From the NCBI GenBank assembly GCA_002402455.1, contig DHFX01000001.1, positions 3,358-67,357 of the forward strand: a stretch of 64,000 bases of DNA, written 5' to 3'. The position numbers and the translations under genes were made by a program. The first letter of the stretch is position 1. Every line of letters starts with the position of its first letter. The DNA is from Candidatus Dojkabacteria bacterium UBA4813. Its GTDB lineage: Bacteria; Patescibacteriota; Dojkabacteria; SC72. The notes under the pieces were generated by a model. The model worked only from the letters and a program-made list of their open reading frames with translations. It had not been told where the DNA came from and did not search any database. Below, one piece after another: positions 9,249 through 16,476 of the stretch.

Positions 9249-9322
9249 TGGGCGATACAGGGCTTGAACCTGTGACCTCCACAATGTCAATGTGACGCTC
9301 TGGCCAGCTGAGCTAATCGCCC
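9249..9322 (-). tRNA. tRNA-Val (anticodon GAC)
   Basis: Manual cloverleaf: acceptor GGGCGAT/ATCGCCC, D-stem GCTC/GAGC, anticodon stem TCACA/TGTGG, loop TTGACAT, T-arm ACAGG-TTCAAGC-CCTGT, discriminator A. CCA is not encoded. Confidence 0.85.
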
Positions 9323-9348
9323 ACAAGATTAGTCTGAATTATATTTCC

Positions 9349-9377
9349 TTTACAAACCTTTTTCAACTTTTTATAAT
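9349..9377 (+). promoter_or_regulatory. Sigma70-like promoter (TTTACA-N17-TATAAT) just downstream of tRNA-Val, positioned to drive the small ORF and doc
   Basis: TTTACA lies at 9349-9354 and a perfect TATAAT at 9372-9377, 17 nt apart. The ATG at 9387 is about 10 nt past the -10 box, which implies a leaderless or very short-leader transcript. Confidence 0.4.
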
Positions 9378-9386
9378 TTCCAAACT

Positions 9387-9500
9387 ATGCGAATGAGAGA
9401 AAAGAAATTAACAGAGAAGGAGAAAGAATTTCTAAAAAAGGTCTTTGATAGAACCATGGCTCAGTACAAGGAAGCCCTAATTAAGTTGCAGAATAGCTAA
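9387..9500 (+). CDS. 37-aa small ORF immediately upstream of doc; candidate antitoxin or regulatory partner
   Basis: Hand translation: MRMREKKLTEKEKEFLKKVFDRTMAQYKEALIKLQNS. Its stop (9498-9500) sits 1 nt before the doc ATG (9502), the usual type II TA spacing. It is shorter than typical Phd antitoxins, so the call is tentative. Confidence 0.3.
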   Translation: MRMREKKLTEKEKEFLKKVFDRTMAQYKEALIKLQNS

Positions 9501-9501
9501 A

Positions 9502-9924
9502 ATGAAGGACAGAGTTACAAAGGAAGAACTGGAGTATGTTGCAGGACTTTTTAGTGATTACATAAGGGAGGAACAAAAGGAAAACAATTCTGCATATGAG
9601 GTTAGAAATACAGGTAGGTTAGAGAGTTCAATAACACAGCCTTTTCAGAAGATAGGAGGGAGGGATCTCTATCCTACTTTAGTTTCTAAGGCATCTATGC
9701 TTTATTACCTTTGTATAAAGAACCATCCGTTTGAAGATGGGAATAAAAGGATGGGGATATTTGCTCTTATAATATATCTTGCTAAGAATGGTTATTGGTT
9801 GGATGCTGCCAATAAAGATCTTTTTAATACGACTGTCAAAACAGCTGCAAGTACTATGGAAGAGAAAGATCAAGTGATTGGCGAAATAGAGTCTTTTGTG
9901 GAGGGAAATATTACTTCTTACTAA
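9502..9924 (+). CDS. doc: Doc (death-on-curing)/Fic-family toxin
   Basis: The Fic/Doc active-site motif HPFEDGNKR (Doc-type GNKR) is present. Overall collinearity with phage P1 Doc holds by eye (GR.E..I.....K....D.Y...V..A..Y...........H.F.DGNKR ... L.....NG...). Confidence 0.8.
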   Translation: MKDRVTKEELEYVAGLFSDYIREEQKENNSAYEVRNTGRLESSITQPFQKIGGRDLYPTLVSKASMLYYLCIKNHPFEDGNKRMGIFALIIYLAKNGYWLDAANKDLFNTTVKTAASTMEEKDQVIGEIESFVEGNITSY

Positions 9925-9929
9925 CTTTC

Positions 9930-10382
9930 CTAATTTTTGTAATTTTTATGTTTTTTATTGCTTCTAGAAGGAAGGTCTCGTGGGTTTATAAATTCTATGT
10001 CTTCTAAACTCTTCTTTTTGTCCATATTAGTTGCCCACAGTTCTGTTATCCAGTCCGGGGAACTTTCCAAGGGTTCTATGTAAATACTTACTGATCTGTC
10101 ATCTAATTCTATCGGGATAAAGGTTATTGCAGATTCCGCCGATTCTATAAAATATATTTTTTGAGGGTTTCTTAAGGGGTATTTTACGTTGTTTATTTGT
10201 AAATAATCACAAATTTGAGCAAATTTTTCTATGTCTGTTATAGTGATTGACTCCACAGAGAGATTCTTTACACTAAGATCTTGATCTTTCCCGATTTTTT
10301 CTAGATAAATATCTATATCTTTTAGGTCTATATGATTTAGGGTTTCCTCTACTACTTGATACTGGTTTGGATATTTAAGCAT
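9930..10382 (-). CDS. Hypothetical protein (150 aa), convergent with doc
   Basis: An ORF with typical local codon usage and no recognisable motif. Confidence 0.35.
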   Translation of the reverse strand: MLKYPNQYQVVEETLNHIDLKDIDIYLEKIGKDQDLSVKNLSVESITITDIEKFAQICDYLQINNVKYPLRNPQKIYFIESAESAITFIPIELDDRSVSIYIEPLESSPDWITELWATNMDKKKSLEDIEFINPRDLPSRSNKKHKNYKN

Positions 10383-10488
10383 TTGATCTATGTTGAATCT
10401 TAGGAAATCTAGGGCTTCTTGCTTAATTGAATCATCTATTCCTGTCGGGTCATCTTATAACATGAGGTATTTAAGAAAACAAATTAAA

Positions 10489-11079
10489 TTATCTTTTTGT
10501 AATAACTTTATCTATAATTCCATACTCCATAGCTTCCTTTGCTGTAAAGTATTTATCTCGATCTGCGTCTTTTTCTATTTGCTTAGGAGTTTTCCCTGTC
10601 TTGTTTGCAAGAATTTTGTAGAGAGCTTCTCTTGTTTTTATTATCTCTTTAGCTTCTATGTCAATATCGCTGGCTTGGCCTTGAACTCCCCCTATCGGCT
10701 GGTGTATGTGTATCTTACTGTTTGGTAATGCGAATCTCTTACCTTTTGTTCCGCTTACCAATAATACAGTTCCCATTGAGGCTGCTAAACCAACTGCGAT
10801 TGTTGAAACATCACATTTAATATAGTTCATGGTATCTATAATAGCCATTCCTGCAGTGATCTCTCCGCCATAGGAGTTAATAAACATCTGGATATCTTCT
10901 TTAGGGTTTTCTTTTTCCAGAAATAGTAATTGTGCAATCACGGTATTAGCCATATCTGTGCTGATAGTTCCACTGACGAATACAATTCTATCTTTCAGAA
11001 GACGTGAATAGATGTCATAAGCTCTTTCACCGCCTCTCTCTTTTTCTATAACTGTTGGTATTAAATTCATAAGAGACAA
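10489..11079 (-). CDS. clpP: ATP-dependent Clp protease proteolytic subunit ClpP
   Basis: Strong ClpP match: [33 protein letters not shown], the catalytic Ser in GLAASMG, and HQPIGG. Confidence 0.9.
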   Translation of the reverse strand: MSLMNLIPTVIEKERGGERAYDIYSRLLKDRIVFVSGTISTDMANTVIAQLLFLEKENPKEDIQMFINSYGGEITAGMAIIDTMNYIKCDVSTIAVGLAASMGTVLLVSGTKGKRFALPNSKIHIHQPIGGVQGQASDIDIEAKEIIKTREALYKILANKTGKTPKQIEKDADRDKYFTAKEAMEYGIIDKVITKR

Positions 11080-11090
11080 CTTATTAAAAA

Positions 11091-12158
11091 TTATTTCTTT
11101 TTCTTGGTTGTTTCTTCTTTCTCTTCCTCCTCCTCAACCTTTATAACCTCATCTAAAAATTGGTGAAATGCTTTTTCTTTCTGCTCCACTCTCCTAATAT
11201 ATTCTTTCCATCCGGCATCTTTAAATACCGAAGGATCTGTATTCTCAGGAGCATTCTTTTTGATTAGTTCTATCTTTTTCTTTAAATCTTCCTCTGTAAC
11301 TTCAATCTTCCTTTCATCTGAATATAATTTGAGGAAGACATCAGTTTGAAGTGCCTGTTTCGCATCTTCCTGCCACATCTCTCGCATCTTATCTAGGGTA
11401 ATATTGTTTGCTTCTAAAAATTGGTCTATATCTATACCTTTCTGTTGCATATCTGTGACGAAGGCTCTCTCTCTTTCTGATGCTTCGTAATCTATTGCCG
11501 GTTGAGGTATTTCTATGTTGGATAACTTTATAGCTTCTCTTAAAGCTTCGTCCTCTAATTTGTTATGCATTATGAGTTTCTTTTGGGAAAGTATTGCATC
11601 TTTTATATGTTTTCTTAGCCCTTTTAGATCTCTTACGTCATCTAATCTAAGTAACCTGATAATTTCCTTTGCCCAGTCTTCATTTATCTCTTTAGCCTTT
11701 GTTTTTTGGTTTTTCTGTAATCTTTCTAAAGCTTCATCTACTTCTTTTTCAGATACAGAGACTTCTTCTTCCTTAATTTCTAACTTCTTAAGATTTCCTA
11801 ACTTAAACTCCGGCATTACCGTGATATTCATTGTGAATTCTAAGTTGTTGTCTTTTTCAAGATTAGGAAATTCTTTATATTCCGGTGGTGCAATTGGAAG
11901 GACTTCTTCCTTTATAAGGACTCTCTCTAAATATTCAGGAATAAGCTTTTCAAGAGTCTGGATTTTTAGTGTATGTCCAACATGTGGCTCCACAAGTTCT
12001 CCGGGGACTTTTCCTTTTCTAAAACCTTTTATGTTTGTATCCTCGAGCTCTCTTTTTAGTATAGCCTTATATTCTTTGTCAAATGCGTCTTTCGGAATTG
12101 TAATTTTAAACTGGATAGTATCTTTGGAAATGTTCTCTCTCTTATATGTATCGATCAT
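11091..12158 (-). CDS. tig: Trigger factor (short form; the PPIase domain appears reduced or absent)
   Basis: The N-terminal ribosome-binding signature GFRKGKVP is present. The protein is 355 aa against about 430 aa typical. It sits immediately upstream of clpP, preserving tig-clpP synteny. Confidence 0.8.
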   Translation of the reverse strand: MIDTYKRENISKDTIQFKITIPKDAFDKEYKAILKRELEDTNIKGFRKGKVPGELVEPHVGHTLKIQTLEKLIPEYLERVLIKEEVLPIAPPEYKEFPNLEKDNNLEFTMNITVMPEFKLGNLKKLEIKEEEVSVSEKEVDEALERLQKNQKTKAKEINEDWAKEIIRLLRLDDVRDLKGLRKHIKDAILSQKKLIMHNKLEDEALREAIKLSNIEIPQPAIDYEASERERAFVTDMQQKGIDIDQFLEANNITLDKMREMWQEDAKQALQTDVFLKLYSDERKIEVTEEDLKKKIELIKKNAPENTDPSVFKDAGWKEYIRRVEQKEKAFHQFLDEVIKVEEEEEKEETTKKKK

Positions 12159-12198
12159 GAAGTTATCTTCTCTTATATATTAAAATTGCGGTCAAAGT

Positions 12199-12951
12199 CT
12201 ACACTTTTTTATATAATTTGTCCAGTTTTGCTATTACTACAAAGCGTTTTTCCGAGGTCCATAGCGGTGTACAAGTTATTAGTGTCAGTCGATAGTCGTC
12301 TGTTTGTCTTATGACAGAAACATCGTTTGGTTCGACAATTTTTGTCTCTGTAACAATGTAGTTAAAGAATTCTTCCTCTTCTGGTCTGTTAGGGTCAGGG
12401 TTTTGCGAGATTACTATTCTCTCCCCTATTTTAATATCCTCTAGGTTAAAGAATGTATCCTTCCTAGGTGGTAAATGTAGGAAACGATGTCCAATTATCA
12501 CACTATTACCCTTTTCTCCAGGGAAGGACGTAGTTGGGAAGTGCCAGAAGCCATCATCCATTCTGAGTGAGGATTCTCCTTGGAGGATTTCCCCTTCTAT
12601 CTTTATGGTGTCTATGGTGATTATGGTATTTAATTCTTCAAGAACTTTTTTGTTCAAGTTTATCTTTGTATCTTTTAGAGATTCTTCTATTGAAGTTGCT
12701 CCAAGAACTTGTTCTTGGTATTTTTCTTTATTTGGGGATATCTGTGTAAGGATTTTCACACTTGCTTCTTTGGATATATTGTAAAGGTCAAAGGAATTAA
12801 AAGCTAAAACTAAGTTATTATAGTTAGGGTATAGGATAAATAAAAAAGCTGGCGAAAGTACCAATAGTATTAAAAAAAGTGTTATTGTTATTTTTTTTAG
12901 ATTTCTCATGTTTCTTCCCCCTATTCTACTATTTTTGTGAGATAGTTGCAT
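12199..12951 (-). CDS. Sortase-family transpeptidase (membrane anchored)
   Basis: An N-terminal TM anchor is followed by the catalytic His in SVIIGHRFL and the catalytic Cys motif LTLITC (TLxTC). A conserved Arg is likely in the EKRFVVIA region. Confidence 0.8.
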   Translation of the reverse strand: MQLSHKNSRIGGRNMRNLKKITITLFLILLVLSPAFLFILYPNYNNLVLAFNSFDLYNISKEASVKILTQISPNKEKYQEQVLGATSIEESLKDTKINLNKKVLEELNTIITIDTIKIEGEILQGESSLRMDDGFWHFPTTSFPGEKGNSVIIGHRFLHLPPRKDTFFNLEDIKIGERIVISQNPDPNRPEEEEFFNYIVTETKIVEPNDVSVIRQTDDYRLTLITCTPLWTSEKRFVVIAKLDKLYKKV

Positions 12952-13010
12952 TCTTTCATTAATTATATTATTCTAAGATTAGAAGCATATAAATTTTAAT
13001 ATAGGATAAA

Positions 13011-13967
13011 GTGGCAAAGAAAAAATCTAAATCTGCCAAAACATCTAAGGTTTCTAAAAAGGTTGTCGAGAAGGCACAACCTAAACCTAAGGACTCTATG
13101 CTATCAAAGGTTGAAATAAAAAAGCCGGGTAGCCAAGAGAAAATTTCTAAAGTTGTAGGAACAATCTTCATATTTCTAGGAATTGTGCTCATTGGTTATG
13201 GAATATACTCTTTCGTTAGGTTCAGCAGAACTCCGGAATTGGATGAAACGTTGGACACTCCTTCTCTATCTGGGATGGAGATTATAACTAATGATGAGGA
13301 TGTAGTAATAAGGGGCACAGCTGAGGGTTTTGATGAGGTTTTTGTTTACGTAGATAATGAAGAAGTAGCAAGGGTAAAGGTAGATTCCGAGGGGACCTTT
13401 GAGTATGAATATCCTGTGGAAGGTGAGGGTACATATGCTGTATCCGTGGCTGGTGTTAAGGGTTTCCCAAAGAGATATATCTCTCTACAATCAGACATGA
13501 AAATGGTTAAAGTAGATAGGACAGATCCTGTATTAACGAAGATAGACTATCCCGAAGAAGTCGGAACGGAGAGTTTTACTCTTGTTGGCAGTGTGGAGCC
13601 TAACGCAGAAGTTACGGTAACAAGAGGAACGGACAAATATGTTGCGACATGTGATGAGCAAGGAGATTTTAGTATTACGGAGATTCTTCTTGATGAGGGA
13701 CCAAATGTATTTGGTGTAAGCATTACCGATGAAGCAGGTAACGAAGTGGAACTTGAAGAAAAGGTTAAGGTTACATACTCTATGGATAGTGATGTTAACG
13801 GGAATGCTGTAACTGATGAAATTCCGGTTGCTGCCGGAGAGTTAGAGGAGGCGATGCAGGTATTACTAGGCAATAATCTAATGATGACATTTGGATTCCT
13901 TGCAATTCTAGGGTTCTTGCTCAGTCTCGGTTTTGCTTTTCTTAAATACGAAGGGAAAAGGGAGTAA
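13011..13967 (+). CDS. Surface protein with Ig-like/Big-like repeats, a Lys-rich N-terminus with signal-anchor TM, and a C-terminal TM plus KYEGKRE tail
   Basis: It has a GTG start with AGGA 5 nt upstream, a 47-aa Lys-rich N-terminal tail, a TM at aa 48-70, beta-rich repeats (VTVTRGTDKYVATCDEQGDFSITEI, VSVAGVKGF...) and a C-terminal hydrophobic segment with a positively charged tail. No LPXTG is present. Confidence 0.5.
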   Translation: MAKKKSKSAKTSKVSKKVVEKAQPKPKDSMLSKVEIKKPGSQEKISKVVGTIFIFLGIVLIGYGIYSFVRFSRTPELDETLDTPSLSGMEIITNDEDVVIRGTAEGFDEVFVYVDNEEVARVKVDSEGTFEYEYPVEGEGTYAVSVAGVKGFPKRYISLQSDMKMVKVDRTDPVLTKIDYPEEVGTESFTLVGSVEPNAEVTVTRGTDKYVATCDEQGDFSITEILLDEGPNVFGVSITDEAGNEVELEEKVKVTYSMDSDVNGNAVTDEIPVAAGELEEAMQVLLGNNLMMTFGFLAILGFLLSLGFAFLKYEGKRE

Positions 13968-14027
13968 CCTGCTTTGTAAAGAGATTTATTAGGGGAGTTG
14001 ATGCTCCCCTTTTAGTTTTCCATTAGT

Positions 14028-15209
14028 TTGAAATTTTTGTTAATATATATCGTGCAATTTCTAAAAACATTTTTACAAAAACCTGCTATAGTCATTCTCT
14101 TAGTTGGTATTTATTTTCTTCTCCCCTCCTTTGTATTGGCTAATGATCTTGGAATTGAAGAGTCACTTTCCCAAGGAGGGCAAGAAGAACTGGTAGTAAG
14201 AGAGATAAGCAGGGGGAGGATAATTGAGCAGGAAAAAGTAGATTGTGACATGATGGGTGGTGGGAGTGAAATTGATTGCTTTAGTTATAAGGTAGAAGTT
14301 TTGGAGGGGCAGTGGAAAGGGGCGATTGTAGAGACAATGCCGACTTGGATTACCAATGAAGAATCTCTCTTTGAGGAAGGAAGTAAAGTTTATCTTTCTA
14401 GAACAGAAGGCTTTGATGGAGGGGAAGTTTGGACTGTAGAAAGCTATTCTCGAGAGACTGCTCTCCTAATCCTAACAGTTGTATTTATATTTCTAATAAT
14501 TCTAATAACAGGAATACGTGGTTTAAGAGCAACTGTAGGTTTGCTTATAAGCTTCTGTACAATTTACTTTTTTGCGATACCTAAGATTAATGACGGTTCT
14601 AACTTCTTTTTAATTTCTACTGTAGCGATTCTTATTCTATTGTGTGCTGTAACTTTTGTTACTTACGGATTAAACAAGAAGTCCTTCATAGCTTTTAGCT
14701 CTACTCTTTTAGGGATTTTAATTATTCTTGTTATTGGTTATATAGTTACTACTGCACTAGATATTAATGGTCTTGGTGAGGAGGAAGCGACTATGTTACT
14801 TGATACTACACAGGGTGTCATAAAACTTTCTTGGGTATTTCTTTTAAGTGTTGTAATTGGTGCTTTGGGAGTCCTAGATGACGTTACGATTGGGCAGGTT
14901 TCTTCAATGCTGGAGATTTATGAGACAGACAGGACTTTACCTTCTAAAGAGCTTTTTAGGAAAGCAATGAATGTTGGAAAAGATCATATAGCATCTATGG
15001 TAAATACCCTGTTTATAGCTTATGCTGGTTCTAGTTTTGTGTTGGTAATTCTTCTTTCTGCAAACAGTCCTGATTTCAGGATATTAATAAACGAGGGATT
15101 TATAGTGGAAGAGATTGTGAGAACCTTAGTTGCAAGTATAGGGTTAATCTTGGTCGTTCCCCTAACCTCCTTTATTGCTTCCAAATTAGTTGTTAAAGTT
15201 CTCAAGTGA
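14028..15209 (+). CDS. Polytopic membrane protein with an N-terminal extracytoplasmic domain, possibly YibE/F family
   Basis: A ~130-aa N-terminal soluble region comes after the first helix, then 6 or more TM helices. The resemblance to YibE/F rests on topology alone. Confidence 0.35.
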   Translation: MKFLLIYIVQFLKTFLQKPAIVILLVGIYFLLPSFVLANDLGIEESLSQGGQEELVVREISRGRIIEQEKVDCDMMGGGSEIDCFSYKVEVLEGQWKGAIVETMPTWITNEESLFEEGSKVYLSRTEGFDGGEVWTVESYSRETALLILTVVFIFLIILITGIRGLRATVGLLISFCTIYFFAIPKINDGSNFFLISTVAILILLCAVTFVTYGLNKKSFIAFSSTLLGILIILVIGYIVTTALDINGLGEEEATMLLDTTQGVIKLSWVFLLSVVIGALGVLDDVTIGQVSSMLEIYETDRTLPSKELFRKAMNVGKDHIASMVNTLFIAYAGSSFVLVILLSANSPDFRILINEGFIVEEIVRTLVASIGLILVVPLTSFIASKLVVKVLK

Positions 15210-15271
15210 ATATAAAATTGTTATAATCATAAAGGAATTAATATAACATAAATAAATTAATTAGCTATACC

Positions 15272-16441
15272 ATGCCAAGGATATTTTCATTTAGAGATAA
15301 CAGGAAACCTTCTGACGATTTTTCAAACACAGAGAGAACGGACAACTTGAGAGAAACGGGTAGCTCTGGAGTAAGTTACAAGCAGAAGAACAAAAGGAAT
15401 ATAACAATAGATCTTTCTACCAGAACAATGCTGTTTATACTAGCTATTTTAGGATTTATATTCTTTGCAAAGGAATTAATCTCTGTAATAGTGTTTCTGT
15501 TTTTTGGTTTTGTTTTAATGGCAAGTATGAGACCAATAGTAAATTGGTTAAAAAGTAAGGGTCTTTCAAAGGGACTCGCTATTACCCTACCCTATTTGTT
15601 TCTCCTTGTCATAATCTTGGGTGTTATTGTTTTAATAGCTGTTCCACTTGTGAACCAAATGACTGAACTGGTGAAGGTTCTTCCGCAGTGGCTAGAGAGT
15701 GCTTTGACATTTTTGGAGGATTTCTCCGTCGGAGGGTACTCTGTTAATGTAGAGAGCATAAGTGTTTATATAACAGAATTTATAAAGGGTCTCCCAACGG
15801 TAGATAATGTGAAGAACGTTGCAACTTTCCTTTCTGAATTCTTTAGCGTTGGAGCGTTTTTAACCACCTCCATAGTCTTTTCTGTGTATCTTGTTTCAGA
15901 GCATGACACATTGGCAGATGTTGCTTTTATGAGAATAGTTTCTTTGGAAAAAAGAGATAGGGTAAAACAGCTTGTTTCAGATGTTGAGGGGAAGCTAGGA
16001 AGTTGGGTTTTGGGTCAGGCAGTTGTGAGTGCTAGCGTGATGATTTTTACATGGGTGCTTTTATCTATTCTTGGGGTTCCATTTTCTCTCCCACTTGCTA
16101 TTTTTACCGGTTTTATTAATGTCATTCCCAATCTGGGATCAACAATCTCTGGAATCCTTATGGCTTTGGTGACTTTGATAGCTGTGAACCCTGTTAGTGC
16201 TTTAATAGTTGCAGGTTCTTTTTTTGTGTACCAACAGATTGAGAATTCTTTTATAGTTCCAAAGGTTATGGGTAATGCCGTTGGTCTAAAACCGATCTTT
16301 GTTTTACTCGGGGTGATAGTATTTATAACCTTTTTCGGATTAATTGGAGGTTTTGTTGCTGTACCTCTTATGGTTATTGCTAAAATCTTTTATGAGTTTT
16401 ATATAGACTTGCAAAAATTAGAAGCTAAAGGTATTGTTTAA
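15272..16441 (+). CDS. AI-2E family transporter (PerM/UPF0118)
   Basis: The conserved C-terminal half of the family is present: GQAVVSASVMIF..LSILGVPFSLPLAIFTGFINVIPNLGSTISGI and QQIENSFIVPKVMGNAVGLKPIFVLLGVIVF..GLIGGFVAVPLM. Confidence 0.75.
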   Translation: MPRIFSFRDNRKPSDDFSNTERTDNLRETGSSGVSYKQKNKRNITIDLSTRTMLFILAILGFIFFAKELISVIVFLFFGFVLMASMRPIVNWLKSKGLSKGLAITLPYLFLLVIILGVIVLIAVPLVNQMTELVKVLPQWLESALTFLEDFSVGGYSVNVESISVYITEFIKGLPTVDNVKNVATFLSEFFSVGAFLTTSIVFSVYLVSEHDTLADVAFMRIVSLEKRDRVKQLVSDVEGKLGSWVLGQAVVSASVMIFTWVLLSILGVPFSLPLAIFTGFINVIPNLGSTISGILMALVTLIAVNPVSALIVAGSFFVYQQIENSFIVPKVMGNAVGLKPIFVLLGVIVFITFFGLIGGFVAVPLMVIAKIFYEFYIDLQKLEAKGIV

Positions 16442-16476
16442 TATACAGATCTTAATTTTTTACTGCCCAATTTAAG

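Noticed and set aside
9387-9500. Fic inhibitory-helix motif (S/T)xxxE(G/N) in the 37-aa peptide
   Set aside because: The closest stretch, LTEKEKEF, puts Lys rather than Glu at +4 and lacks G/N at +5. So I did not claim an anti-Fic inhibitory helix, only a generic candidate antitoxin.
11515-12183. 222-aa Ser-rich ORF on the plus strand
   Set aside because: It lies wholly antisense within the trigger factor gene. The low-complexity Ser/Phe-rich translation is the mirror of a Lys/Glu-rich coding strand, so it is an antisense artefact.
13547-13873. 108-aa minus-strand ORF rich in Ser/Thr/Pro
   Set aside because: It is antisense to the surface-protein gene, with a low-complexity translation and no start context.
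13870-13967. LPXTG-type sorting signal at the C-terminus of the surface protein
   Set aside because: The hydrophobic segment and basic tail are present, but there is no LPXTG, LAXTG or NPQTN. The nearest candidate is IPVAAGE. I reported it only as an open question in the findings.
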